From positions 5,208,001 to 5,272,000 of the forward strand of contig CM102285.1 in assembly GCA_046563655.1 (NCBI GenBank): DNA of 64,000 nt, written 5' to 3'. This stretch comes from Yuukianura sp. NJ FZ-2021 (taxonomy: Eukaryota). Under the pieces are notes generated by a model. It worked only from the letters and a program-made list of their open reading frames with translations. It did no database searches and was not told the origin of the DNA. The position numbers were made by a program, and so were the translations under genes. Each line of letters starts with the position of its first letter. The stretch's first letter is position 1. Of this stretch, positions 27,557 through 40,508 are shown one piece after another.

Positions 27557-30500
27557 TTCAAGACTGGTGATTGACTATAGAAAATTAAATGCAATTACCA
27601 AGAAAAACTCTTATCCATTGCCTAGAATGGACGATGCATTGGATAGACTGTCAGGGGCCAAGTACTTTACTGTACTAGATTTGCTATCTGGGTGCTACCA
27701 AATAGAGTTAGACCCAAAAGACAAAAAAAACAGCATTTATAACTCCTGACGGCCTTTACCAATTTAAGAGACTTCCTATGGAACTCTGTAATGCTCCATC
27801 TAGTTTCCAATATTTAATGGATTTGGTTTTACTAAACTTGAAATGGAATATTGTACTCGTTTACTTGGATGACCTTGTTGTTTGGGGAAGGACTTTTAAG
27901 GAGCACAATTCTAGACTCTTCACTGTTCTAAACCAACTCAAAGAAGCGGGCTTAACCCTAAAAATCAGCAGGTGCATTTTTGGAACCAATAAACCTAATT
28001 ATCTGGGCCATATTATTTCAGAAAATGGAATTCAAGTAGATTCGGATAAAACAATTGCAATGGATAATTTTCCAATTCCAAAAAATCAAACCGTCATAAA
28101 ATCATTTTTAGGAATGTGCGGTTACTATAGACGCTTCATCCAAAATTTTGGTAGAATTGCGATCCCACTCACTCTTTTGACAAAAAAAAATCAAAATATT
28201 GACTGGGGTGAAAAACAAAATGAAGCATTTCAAAAATTAAAATCATGTTTGGTCAAAAGCCCAATTTTGTCATACCCAATGGACAATGTCCCAACGGAAG
28301 TGCACTGTGATAGCAGTGGGTATGGGATCGGGGCAACCCTGGTCCAAATCCAAAATGGAAAACCCTGCGTCATAGCTTACGCTAGCCGAAGTATGACAGA
28401 AGCGGAACGAAAATATTCGGGATCCGAACAAGAATGTCTAGCAGTAGTCTTTTCTGTTAAAAAGTTTAGGCCATACATTTATGGAACCAAGTACACAGTG
28501 TACACTGATCACTATGCTCTAAAATGGTTGTTTTCCATTAAAGATGTAAATAGTAGGCTAGCTAGATGGTCAATTACACTGCAAAATCAGGACATGACTA
28601 TTGTACATAGACCAGGGAAAACTGCAAATGACGCTGACCCTTGTCACGTTACGCAGTTGACCCACCAGAGAGCATGGACAGCTCTGAAGTTCTTGTTTTG
28701 GATGGCGTTCCTGACTTGTTTACAATAAACGAATTAAAAGTCAAACAGAGATCCGACCACTTTCTAAAATCGATTATTCTTTACATTAAGTCCTTGGGAA
28801 ATGAAGAATATAATATACCTCAACCTAATGTTAAACAATTACAGGACTATAGTTTACAAAATGGAATTTTATTATTTCCGAATTTTGCACCTTCAGGCAA
28901 CCAATGGAAAATCGTGGTTCCAAAATGCTTAAGAAAAGCCGTTTTAGATTCTCTGCATTGTGGAAATTTAGCAGGCCATTTTGGAATTACTAAAACTTGG
29001 GAATTAGTACGTAGTAGTTGTAAGTAGATTTCATTGGAAAGGAATGTACCGTGATACTAGAAAATATATCCTAGGGTGTGAAGTTTGTCAGAAATTTAGG
29101 AAAAGAATTGGTCCTGAGTTTATTGAAAAGTTTATGGTTTGATGGAAAGTTTTCCTGAGGTGACAAAACCCTTCGAAAGAGTGGGAATTGATTGGATTGG
29201 ACCTTTTGTAAAGTCAGAAAATGGCAACAAATATGCGATTGTTCTCACTGACCACTTCACCAGATACTCAGAAACTGTTGCCGCACCAAGTGCGACAGCA
29301 GAAGAGGTGGTAAAAGACATTAAGTCCAAGATTATTTACACTCACTCTCTTCCAAAGGAATTTGTGGTTGATAGAGGAAGACACTTTACTGCAAATTTAG
29401 TAACAGCTGCAGCAGAAGAATTTAGCTTTAAGCTGAAATTCACAGCTATCCCACAGCAATCCCACAAGCCAATGGAATGGATAAGATGTAACAAAACTGT
29501 CAAGAAAATTATTGCCAAAACGGTTGATGAAAACCACAAAAACTGGGAATTATGCTTAGAGCAAGCGACATTTGCTTACAACATTAAAAAGCATTCATCA
29601 ACTGACTTTTCCCCATTTTATTTGGTTTTTGGTCGAGAAGCAGTTTTACGAATAGATTTGCAGCTTCCTAATTTTAATTCTGACCAAGAACTAAATTTTG
29701 AGGAATTAGAGCATAATAGGCAACAAGCTCAATTAAAATCTAAGGAAAGTCATGAAAAGTCAAAATCTCGAGTTAATAAGAACCGACATGAACATGATTT
29801 TCAAGTGGGCGAACTTGTTTTAAGGTCAAGACCTATTAAAAAGAAAGGCCTCTCAAAAGCGTTCATTGCGCAAAAAGATGGACCTTACAAAATTTTACAA
29901 CAAACAGGTCCAGTCAATTATGAAATTAAAAAGCTAAATAGTAAGTCAAAAAAAGTAATTGTGCATGTCAGAGATTTAGAACATTTTAATTCAGAATTTA
30001 TGCCCAGCTCTGACAGTGAAAGTAGCGAAAGTGAGTTCACTGATCATCAGAATACAAAAGCGAAATCTCTAGACACACAGAGCACAAAGATGCAGCAAAA
30101 GTTCCCCTTTCATCGCCAGTGGGAAGGAAGAAGGAGCAGTCAGTGAGTCACAGCAACTCCACTCGCTCCACTCATTCTCATGCACGATCAGCTGCAACTT
30201 CTGATTTTAAGTCACCAAAAAGTTACAAAAGTAAACATTCAAATCATAACAAAAGTAATTCCAGTAGGGAAATTAGCGCACATTCGTCCAGGTCATTGCC
30301 TACACGAGTAAGTCACGTAGACTCAGACAGTGACAGTGCAGGTGATGGGGAAGTTACTGACCTCGACCCTATAAATAGGACTGAAAACGAAGGAGACGAC
30401 TTTGTCTCAATTTCAACGTCCTCCGAGGAAGAAATCTCTGCTCCACCATCTCCTCCACCAAGGGTCACTGCCCCTAAAAGAAGATCAACTCGTACAAGGA

Positions 30501-30679
30501 AGGCTCCAGATCGCCACGGTGATTGGCAGTATGACTAGTGAAATTGACATGGACACTCTGTGCAGTACGGTGACCGTTAAACACCAGTGGCGACATTTTT
30601 GAAGTGCGACCCTCCATAAAAGCATCATTTTATGACATAAAAATTGTGTGTTTTTTTCAAAATTTTAGCTCTGCGCTAA

Positions 30680-31955
30680 GGGGTGCCGGACCTGAACACA
30701 TATTTTTGAATAGGGTTTGCCCATGGCATACACTTTCACCGAAACTTAGCCATGTTAAATCTCTTTGTAGAACTTCCAAAAAGTAATATTTAGTACAACA
30801 CACCACACCCCACCCACAGCAAACCGTATTTGAAGTCATATAGGTTTATCTGAAATTAAGATTCTAAGGAGAGGCAATTGTAATAACTAATTAAACAACT
30901 AAAATCCAAACTTTCTCACTTACACGTTGAAACATCAATATTTTTTGAAGTTTTGCGACCTTTGCCTTGATCATTCAACTTAATTCCCAAACGTAAGTAC
31001 TTTCTTCACTATTTTCTATTAAAACAATGAAATAAACCGAATCGACTGTTGGAAAGTAACAGCGAAAAATACACCCAACAAAAACAGAATTGGCACTTGT
31101 TCGATTTATTTTCATTTAAATTTTATTTGGAGCAGATGGAGACAAGATCCACGGAACACAAACTGGCCCTTTGGTTAATTGGAGAAGGACTAGAAAAAAT
31201 CACTGGACATAAACTACCTTCCACTGGGCATGTTCTGAGACGACTATTGTACGACGTGCGAACTTGCCATAATTCTGTTAAGGACTCAGCTTCCAAGGTC
31301 ATAGAGGAGGTGATCTTGTTTTGGGAGAAAGCAAGGATCCCCACGAAGAAAAAATCGGACTCCATTTCGAAACTCGTAACGCTGTATGAACGCTACAGGA
31401 AGTTGCAGAAAAGTTCAAATGTAAGGTCTGGCAGCCAGCCAGCATCTGAACAAGCATTTGTTGATACTCTGGACGACCCCTTTGACATCGCACATTCAAA
31501 TGCAATGAACCTAATGACAATTGAAGAGGACAAGGAATTTTTGGTTGCCCAAAGAGAAAAAGGTTATTAAAAAATGTCAGCTGATTTTTAAATTAATCAA
31601 ACTTTTTAACAAAAATAAATTACAAATTAATTATTTTCTAATTTATAGGAAGAAGAGGTTACATGGACGGAGTTGATAAAACGCTAGCAGCCGCTGAAGC
31701 ACAAGAGGAACAACGAGAAGAAAGAAAAAGGAAACGCCTGGAGAAGTCAATGAAAGAATTAGAGTTAGTAGAAATGACTTCAAGTTCCTCGAGCGGTAAC
31801 TCGTCTCCAGAGCGACGTTTCGACCCAGATTACAAACCCACACACCCGCGCTTGGAAGCCCCTTGCAGCTCTAAGTCTATTACTCAACGCGGAACAATCG
31901 ATCTTGTAACATCTAACGTTGCGTCAGCGTTAGATAGGACGAAAATGAGTGTGCA
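30680..31955 (+). mobile_element. 5' part of a DNA transposon, probably Sola2-like, with a spliced transposase N-terminus
   Basis: LPSTGHVL, FWEKARIPT, LDDPFDIAH, EEDKEFLVAQREKG. Intron 31563-31648 joins in frame to GRRGYMDGVDK...ALDRTKMS. Candidate terminus TAA/GGGGTG at ~30680. Truncated before the catalytic core. Confidence 0.6.
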
Positions 31956-32039
31956 GTGTCATGGAATGAACGGTCATTGCACCTTCCACTTTTTCTAAAA
32001 CCAACATTTACTAATATTTTCTTTTCTTTTTCTAGGTAC

Positions 32040-33028
32040 TTCCGTCCTCGAGCATCTCCTGTCTACTCCGATGTCACCGCTGTCCGTCAACACTACTTCG
32101 TCCACTATTCCGATTCCGGCTACTTTGAAGGCTCCGTCCGTGCCATTAATCATTAACTGCAACCCGCCTGATGGAAAAACGGACTTTAGCCGTTGGCGCA
32201 TTCCGAAGAAACAAACGGTGACGACGACATTGACTGTAAATGGAGATCAACTGGAGGACCATAACAAAACTACTACGCCTGTCAGACGACCATTCAACTT
32301 CATGCGGATGTCGACTGCCCTGGGCCACCTCCTAAACGGCCTCACTTCAATCCTCAGCCCCACAAGAAGTCATCTGGAAAACCGGTCGTGGTTTTGGCCG
32401 ATGTCAAAGACCTCAAGGCAGCCGTCGCATCCATGACATCTCAAACCCCCCACCGACGTCGTCCTCGTCGATGCTTTTCCTGTAACCGCTTCGGACACTA
32501 GGCAAAGAATTCTTTAATTCAGCGACCTCGACTTGCGATATCAGGAGAATCGCTCCCCTAAGGAGGGTAGGATGTTATGAAAACAGTTACTTTTCATATT
32601 TGCTAAAGTTCACTAGAGTTCATTCTAAAAATATCTCATTGTTAGACTTTTGTTAACAAACACAACTTGCCTACAACTTCTCTTTTGTTGTAATTAGAGC
32701 TTTGTCTACAACTTGCCTTTTGTTGTGATTTGAAGTTAAGCCTACAAATGATTTACATGTATTCCAAGTAAGGTAACATTCGACTTTGTTTTACTCCGCT
32801 GGTTTCCGGCTGAGACCCTATAAAAAGGGCTCAGTCCGGAGAGCAAGATTCATTCTGTTTTCTGCTCTTGACCTCTGGTCAATAGGACTTAGTGGCCTAC
32901 TACTACTCCCATGCCTTGCCACAAACTTTGCCCGTTGAAATAAAGTTCATTAACCTTTCATTATTGCAAAACATTGCAAAGACATTAGTAGTGGAAGATT
33001 TCATTTATTATTTTATCATTTCACTACA
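32040..33028 (+). mobile_element. 3' fragment of an LTR element: Gag-like knuckle, PPT and LTR-like unit
   Basis: Degenerate CFSCNRFGH*AKNS (~32472-32513); PPT AGGAGGGTAGGA then TG at 32573; TATAAAA ~32819; AATAAA ~32939. The right boundary is uncertain. Confidence 0.5.
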
Positions 33029-34489
33029 GTGGCATCCCAGTTTACAGTTTTTCACTGGTAACCTCTCAGGGAAAGTTCACTTCCCTTCCTCTACTTTAGC
33101 CTTCTTGACCCCCTCAGCGGATGGCCTTAGCAAAACCTTGGTGCTGCTGGAGGCCTTGCCCACCTCAACGTCACAGCAGTGACTCCCACCAGCTACCACG
33201 ATGCTGAGGTCATTTTCCTTTTCTCTCCTTTCCAAAACGTTCTGGAAAGTAGCCTTTCGTAGAGGGTAAGGAATGTACTGTTTTAGCGCTTTTCAACGCT
33301 CTTCTCGACATCCCGTAAAGTTAAGTTTTAGGTAACTTTGGAGTCACACCAACTCTCCAAAAACACAGTTTTAGCACTCAGTGTGTGAGTGCTCTCACCA
33401 AACGTAATTTAGCTTGAAAAACATTTTCCATTAAATAAGTACAATTATTTTAAAATGCCAGTTCCTCACACAGTCATCGAAAGCACGGTGATTGATGTGC
33501 AGGCCAGGTTCGCTTGTTTGTATGTGCAATATGCATTGTATGCGTTTTAGTTTTAAGTAGTTCTGAATTTCATTAGGAAAGTTAATTTCGTTTTGTATTT
33601 TCATGGGTCGCGGAGTTGGAATTTGGTAGTAACCAAAAGACGAAAGCAATTATGAGCTGGCAGGTGGAGCTCAACAAGAAGGAAACGGAGCTGAACTGTC
33701 GTACTTTGGTCTGGCAAGTGTCACTTTCTGTGTTATCAAACTCTAAATGTCAGTTGCCAAGTTTTTCTTTTTGCTTCTGTGTAATTAGTACAACAATTCT
33801 TGTTTAAAGACAAAGTCTGGGCGAACAATTTAAGATGAATTGACGAAGCGAACCAGCGGGGAGCAGCCTCCAAATCCCGCTGCGCGACGTCAGTGAAAAT
33901 CCAAACTGCAAAATTTCTGCAGATGGTGCGTAAAGTTTTTCAAAGAGGAAAACAGAACAGATGTAAGAAAAAAGCACATCATGAAGGAAGGATGTTTCCT
34001 GTCACATGGATTGCCGGACAAGAAGCAGTGGAACATGAAAACGATTTCAGAAAACGATTGATTTGCTTCGCGATGTCCATATTGCGGCGTTACAAAATTA
34101 GGTGAATTTGCCGAAATTAAATTCCACAACGAATTTATTGCTTTTGCAGAGACGTTTAAAACTACCGACGCTAGTTACTTAAAAAGCTACAATAAACATG
34201 TTCAAACTTGTGTACACTGAACTTAAGACCAACACGCCGTTCCATCGCCATCTAGACCTTGATATGTCTCAAAGTTGCTTTGGGAAAGTCCTATGACTTT
34301 TCTCTTTGTCTTGGGAAGGTTGGGCGGACCAAATCGTTTAAATTAAAGTTCTGTAAGAGGTGATTTACTTCTGCCTTGTGTCAGGTTTTGATTAGGCGTT
34401 TCAAAATTAACGTGCGCGCCTGGTGCCATGGCCTTGTAAGTTATATTGATGGCCTTGTAGAACTGAGTTATTAAGTCGGCCGTTAAATT

Positions 34490-34935
34490 GAAAAGCAAAT
34501 TTGGGAAGGCGTCCCATTACTAAAAAGAATGGAGATTGGAAATTAAAGTTATCATTATTTTCTACAAAATATCTAATGGTAGTATGAAATAGTTGGTTTA
34601 CTATTTCGTAAAGAGAATTGCCTTGCTTGGCGTAGTACATGGCATGTCTAATTTCAGTCCGAAAAAGTTTGACATGCGACTTCAAATATATTTTTTGAAG
34701 TTATAATTTTGTGTTATAATTTTGCGCGTTATCCACTATCATGATTCTTGGACAGGAAAATTTTAAAAAGATTTCATTCTCAAAAAATTTGGCAATATCT
34801 TCCCCTGTAGTATTAATGAGTGAGTGGTGCGAAAATAACGTACTTGGTTAGTAGGCATACTGCGTTAATGATATATTATATCCGTTGCTAGGTGGAAAGT
34901 AGCCACAGATATCCAAACAAACTATGTCCGAGCGG
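34490..34935 (-). pseudogene. Gypsy/Ginger-type DDE integrase core remnant
   Basis: IVCLDICGYFPPSNG.., TKYVIFAPL, EIFLKFSCPRIMIVDNA, YYAKQGNSLYEIVN, SPFFLVMGRLP, with frameshifts. Confidence 0.7.
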
Positions 34936-35323
34936 TATGTGGGTGTGGGTGTAGAACCGCTGACTCCTGGAACTTTACCACAGTGTTGTTTCATTTTCCG
35001 TGTAATAAATTGGTAAAAGTCAATTTTTTGGGAGTTCGGTTGTAGACGTGAGAGAGAGCAGTCACAAATGAAATTGCTCTGCACACATAGCTATAGTGAT
35101 ACAAAGGCACAATGAGTAAGATTCTCCGTTCAACACTACTGGCTCCTCCAAATGCACCACAGACTACTGGGAAAAGACCCGCCACAACGCCAATAACAAA
35201 TGAAACGAAGAAGACAAGCCAAATGACGAAGCAGAATTACTAAATGACACACTCGAAAACCAGGTACGGTTTTTAGTATGAAAAATGCTGGCGTGGGATC
35301 CGCTGATTGAAAAGTTTGATTCA

Positions 35324-35860
35324 ATGGACATCTTGGACCCTGTGATTCTTACCGCCAAGTTTCAAACGATTGATAGAGATAACGAGCGAATTAATAAGGA
35401 AGCAGTAATGCCAAACATTTTGATTTCTGGAGTCGAAGAAAAGTGCACAAGAAGCTCCGGATAAGCTCCACGATATCGTCGAAAATATTTCCAAAAAGCT
35501 GGAGGTTCCTTCTGTGGACATAAGTTACTGTCGTAGGATTGGTTGAAAAAGTGGAAGAGTCAGACCGATCCAAGTTAAACTTGTACGGCAGAAAGACAAG
35601 TACCTTATTCTCTCCAAGAAATTTCAACATCGAAACGCTGACTTCTTGAGAAACATATACATCAGCCCAGAGTCAACAAAAAAGGAAGGAGAAAGAAATG
35701 CGAAATTACAACAAGTTGGGAAAACTTTAAAGGCAGAAAATGCTGGCACCGTGTTTGAAATAAGCAGCTGAACCCTACGACTCACCCATGGATGAAAAAC
35801 TACGACATATGGACTGGATGAACATGGATCTGTAATTGCAATAAATTCGAACATCTAACT
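35324..35860 (+). pseudogene. Decayed LINE ORF1-like remnant
   Basis: NILISGVEE...NIYISPESTKKE pattern of CR1/L2-type ORF1, with multiple disruptions. Confidence 0.45.
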
Positions 35861-36750
35861 CAGCACTAATTTGTATGTTGTGTAAGCGAATAGGACTTTG
35901 CATGTTGTGTGGAAAGTGAATGGATGGACGACTTAAGTGAATAGGATTTTGCAGGTTGTGTAGAAACTGAATGGACGGTCTAACCGGAAATAGACGTGGG
36001 AATCAGCGTATCAAGTATGAGCCAGCATCTCCAGCTACTTGTGGATTTGCTACCGAAATGGACACATATATTAACACTATCATCCAATCAACCCAAACTA
36101 CCACTGAACCTGAATCTGATCAACCTTGTCTCAGAACTGGAGGTGGAAAAAAATTAGGCGACAATCTATGCCTAACCAACACGCAAGGAAGGTACATCCC
36201 TTTCCATGGTTGTTAAAGGTTACTCATCCGGGTTAAAAGTCCTAAAAGAGTTTCCGAGTTTCCACCACCTCAAATTAACTTGGAAGACGGTTGGCAACTT
36301 TTTTTTAATGAAAACGGATTTACTGGAACAACACACTTGCACATTAACAATCAATTGGATCAAAGTGTCGTAGTCGCCTTGCCCGTCGAGCTGTAAGACT
36401 GTCTCATGGAAGGACTTTTGAAACTCAAAAGATTGCAACTGAACGCTTTTATTATTTCTTCATAAATACTGTACAAGAGGATGAGTCTGGAAATACATTT
36501 GATACGCTAAAACAAAAAATGTCAACCTGATTTTGAGATAAACAACAAAACAAATAACTATTAGGTTTGATTTTGTCGTGTCTTCATACGCTTCTTCCAA
36601 CAAGCCGTTTGACTTTCCATCATGCATTTGCCGTGACAAATGATTGTATCCCTGGGATTTTGAAACAAAACTAAATATTTACTATTTAAGGTTAGGTTTC
36701 TACATCCCTTATTAAAAAAATCTTGCACTGTTATAATTAAATTAAGGCAG

Positions 36751-37041
36751 TGTTTTGGCAAATGAGACGCTTCTCAAAAGGGAAGCGCTTATTTCAAATT
36801 GGCGAAAAGTGTTAAGATATAGATATATCTTTAAGTGCAGAAAGTGTGTGTGTCATGAGAGATGAGCGGAGGAACTGCCATCTCATCACTTCAATTCTGA
36901 TTTTGCAAGCAGCATGGTCTGCAGCGATTCTTTTCAGTTACTAATTAGTAAATATACAATTCAATGTAAAATTAAAGCATACCTTTATTTTGTAATAAAA
37001 ATATAAAAATCCAATCACCGCCTACCATCCAAACCACTTCA
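36751..37041 (+). repeat. 5' LTR of the BEL/Pao element
   Basis: Direct repeat of 40218-40508 with about 9 substitutions counted by eye. Confidence 0.95.
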
Positions 37042-40000
37042 TGGTGCCGAAAGACGGTTTTCGCCGACAAGACCACGAACGACAACCATCAAAGGAAGTG
37101 ACATATGAATGGCCGTCAGATGCCTCGCAGAAGACGAGAAGGCCAAATTTCCAAAGGCTGATGAGGTGTTAAAATCAAATTTTTGTGTGTACGACTTAAT
37201 GGAAGGAGCCATCAGCGTACAGGAAGCCAATCAACTCGTGACGGAGCTGGAAGGACTATTACGTCGTGGTTGCCTTGAAATTACCCAGTGGGACTCGAAT
37301 TCAAAAGAGCTTCTAAAGTCCATTCCTAAGGCAAAACGAGGTAAAAATGACGTAATTACATGTGATGCTGATTTCGACAGGGTTTTAGGCGTGGGACAGT
37401 GGAGGTGACTATTTTCATTTCAAAGGTTACACTCCAAAACCAGTGGGCGTGGTCACAAAGAGGACGGTCTTGTCGACTATGTCCAAGGTTTTTGACTCAC
37501 TTGGTTTTTTGTCTCCCCTAACTGTCAAAATTAAAGTCTATTTTCAGGTTTTCTGGTCACCAGTTCAAAGAAAAGAAAATGGAATTCTCTCATGGGACGA
37601 TGAGATTCCACCTGATCTGGCTGGACAATGGCATGACTATGTCAAAGGTGTCCATGACATAAAAAGTCTAACTATTCCAAGGTGTTTGTTTTCAGGTTTT
37701 CCAGAAATTGTCGAAATTCATGGATTTAGTGACGCCTCGGAACTCGCCTACTGTGCGGTGGTGTACATTTGGTCAATTCAGAGGAATGGTCGGGCCACTA
37801 CAAATATAATTGCTTCCAAAACAAAAGTGGCACCGATGAAGCAAAACAGCCTTCCGAGACTCGAACTTTCCGGTGCTCTACTTTTGTCCAAACTAATTCC
37901 GAAAGTGCTGGAAGCAACACGACTCAAATGTCCAATCGTCACATGGACCGACAGTGGAACGGTTCTGAAGTGGCTACGAAACACGAGTCGTAAGTTTGTG
38001 ACATTCGTTGCTAATCGTGTTTCTGAGATACAGGAAGTAATTCCTGTCAGTTCCTGGAATTTTGTGCCCGGAACTGACAATCCAGCCGATTTAGGGACTC
38101 GTGGGATCACTGCTGAGGAACTCGTAAGTTCAAAATTGTGGCCCAGACTGGCTAAAAAATGCGAATTTGCCAGTGTTTGAGTCAGAGGGGAAAGTAAGTG
38201 ACTCCTCTAAACTCCTTGAAATGAGAAAGGTAAAAGTGAATCTGACTCTAATTGATCGTGAAATGATTAATCGTTTTTCCAATTACGTGAGGCTTAACCG
38301 GGCGGTAGCGTACGCATTGCGATTTGTTTCATATTGCAGGAATTTGAAACAGGAAGAGAGGCTTATTGGTGATCTATCAGTTGAAGAAACTGACCGAGCC
38401 CTTCTTATGTGCATAAAAGTAGCACAAAATGACGACTACAGTGATGACATAATGGCCCTGAAGAAGAACAATCGAGTGGACAAGGGAAGTGCATTGGAAT
38501 CACTACATCCGTTGCTGGACAGTCATGGAGTTATGCGTGTTGGAGGTAGACTCCAAAAGTCAGACCTACCAAGTGACCAGTGCCATCCCATCATTTTATC
38601 AGGTCAAAATCATTTCACCAAAATCATGGTAAGGTATTTTCATCATTTTTACCTCCATGCCAACTACCAATTGTTGTGGGCAAACTTGTCCAAACGATTT
38701 TGGATCGTGAGAGCGCGAGTCACAATTCGACAAGTGGTCAGAGACTGCCTCAAATGCAAAAGACTCAGAGCGAAAGCCAGTGAACAACTGATGGGAGCAC
38801 TGCCAAAGGCGAGAGTAACTCCTTCTCTGCCATTTACGAACGGTGGAGTCGACTACGCAGGCCCCATTAAGCTGCAGGAAAAGTATGGGCGTGGCAAACG
38901 ACAATTTGACGGTTACTTTTGCGTATTTGTCTGATTTGCGACACGGGCAATCCATTTGGAACCTGTGACTGACTTGACCACTGCAGCGTTTTTAGCGACT
39001 TTAAAAAGATTCATTTCTAGAAGAGGACTTGTGTAAGTCATTTATTCTGACAATGGGAAAAACTTCATTGGCGCAGCTAATGAAATTGCAGAATGGCAAA
39101 AGGTAATTCATGATACTAAAGTCGTTGATTTTTTGTGCGTTTCAGGAATCCAGTGGAAGTTCATACCTCCTGATGCTCCTCACATGTGTGGATTATGGGA
39201 GTCAGGAGTAAAGTCGGCGAAGTACCACCTGAAGAGAGTGATTGGATGCACGACATTGACACTGGAAGAATTCCATACGCTCCTGGCAATGGTGAAAGCA
39301 GTGCTCAACTCACGGCCGATTTGTGCAAAATCTCGTGACCCGGATGACGTTGAGGCATTAACTATTGGACATTTCCTCCTTGGGAAGCCGTTACTCGCCA
39401 TTCCAGAGCCAAGTTTGGCTGAAATCAAAGAAAACCGACTGTCGAGGTGGCAACGAGTCCAACAGATGTCGGAGCATTCCTGGAATCGCTGGAAGAAAGA
39501 ATACTTAAATCTACTCCAGCAGCGTAACAAATGGCGAAACGAATCCGAAAATGTCAAAACTGGCGATCTCGTCCTCATCAAAGACGACGACACTCCACCA
39601 TTGAAGTGGAAACTCGCTAGAGTCACCAAAACATTTCCAGGAGAAGACAACTTGATTCGATCTGTGGAAGTAAACTTCAAAACGACGGAATTGGACAAGA
39701 AAGGTCAACTGAAACTCAAAGATCATGCTACTAGATCCAGAGTAGCGTAAGTCTAGGGAAATGTGTAAATACTGTAAATTTAAAATTCAAAATCATTTAA
39801 GTGTTCATTTCAAAATATTCGTCGATTTATTCTTTAAAATTCTGGGTTAAAGTTAGCTTTAAGATCATAAGTGTTAAGTATCTCTTTCAAGCTATCAAAA
39901 CATAGGTGTTAAGATAGGTTTAGTGTTAACTTCCTATCTCTTTCCAAAAACCATTTGTAAAAACATCTTCCGTTCGAGTAGAGTAAGTACTGAACGTAAG

Positions 40001-40217
40001 GTGACTAAATTCTGGATAGGTGACTGTGTGTGTGATCTTTATGTCATGACCTACTGGTACGGTCATCCAAACGGCAATTTTCCAGCCTTCGTTGCCACCG
40101 AATAAAGTAGTATCAGGGCAGCCTTCTATTTTTTCATTGTGTTTCTTCCAGAATTGGTTGCCATTTTCTCTGTGTTTTTTTGAAAATTGAATGACCAAGT
40201 CATTCAATGGAGGGCGG

Positions 40218-40508
40218 TGTTTTGGCAAATGAGACGCTTCTCAAAGGGGAAGCGCCTATTTCAAATTGGCGAAAAGTGTTAGGATATAGGTATATCTTTA
40301 AGTGCAGAAAGTGTGTGTGTCATGAGAGATGAGCGGAGGAACTGCCATCTCATCACTTCAATTCTGATTTTGCAAGCAGCATGGCCTGCAGCTATTCGTT
40401 TCAATTACTAATTAGTAAATATACAATTAAATGTAAAATTAAAGCATACCTTTATTTTGTAATAAAAATATAAAAATCCAATCACCGCCTACCATCCAAA
40501 CCACTTCA
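40218..40508 (+). repeat. 3' LTR of the BEL/Pao element
   Basis: Follows the PPT; copy of 36751-37041; contains AATAAA. Confidence 0.95.

Larger units (their letters stand above)
15770..30538 (+). mobile_element. Degenerate Ty3/Gypsy LTR retrotransposon (gag-pol), interrupted by two insertions
   Basis: CCHC knuckles CHSCRKKGHFAKFC (~15797) and CTFCKKPGHTFDDC (~16337). AAAAAAC-TAA slippery site 16462-16471. Protease-like VDEGA (~16733). RT SPWSSPVILVPKKDGSS / RLVIDYRKLN and YLDD. RNase H CDSSGYGIGA, EQECLAVV, YTDH. Integrase GHFGITKT, IDWIGP, VDRG, SPFYLVFGR, GPY. Many frameshifts; LTR pair not identified. Confidence 0.93.
36751..40508 (+). mobile_element. BEL/Pao LTR retrotransposon, internally deleted (gag, protease and most of RT missing)
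   Basis: 291 bp LTRs TG...CA (36751-37041, 40218-40508). PBS TGGTGCCGAAA at 37042 (tRNA-Phe-like). PPT GGAGGGCGG. 5 bp TSD GGCAG/GGGAG. Pao RNase H HGFSDASE, LPRLEL, WTDS, FVANRV, NPADLGTRG. Integrase VDYAGP, SDNG, GLWE, and a DUF5641-like WKKEYL..LQQRNKW tail. Confidence 0.95.

Noticed and set aside
34490..34935. Possible Polinton integrase belonging with the nearby ATPase
   Set aside because: The motifs (LDICG.FP, VDNA, SPFFLVMGR) look Gypsy/Ginger-like, so it cannot be linked to the Polinton relic without a phylogeny.
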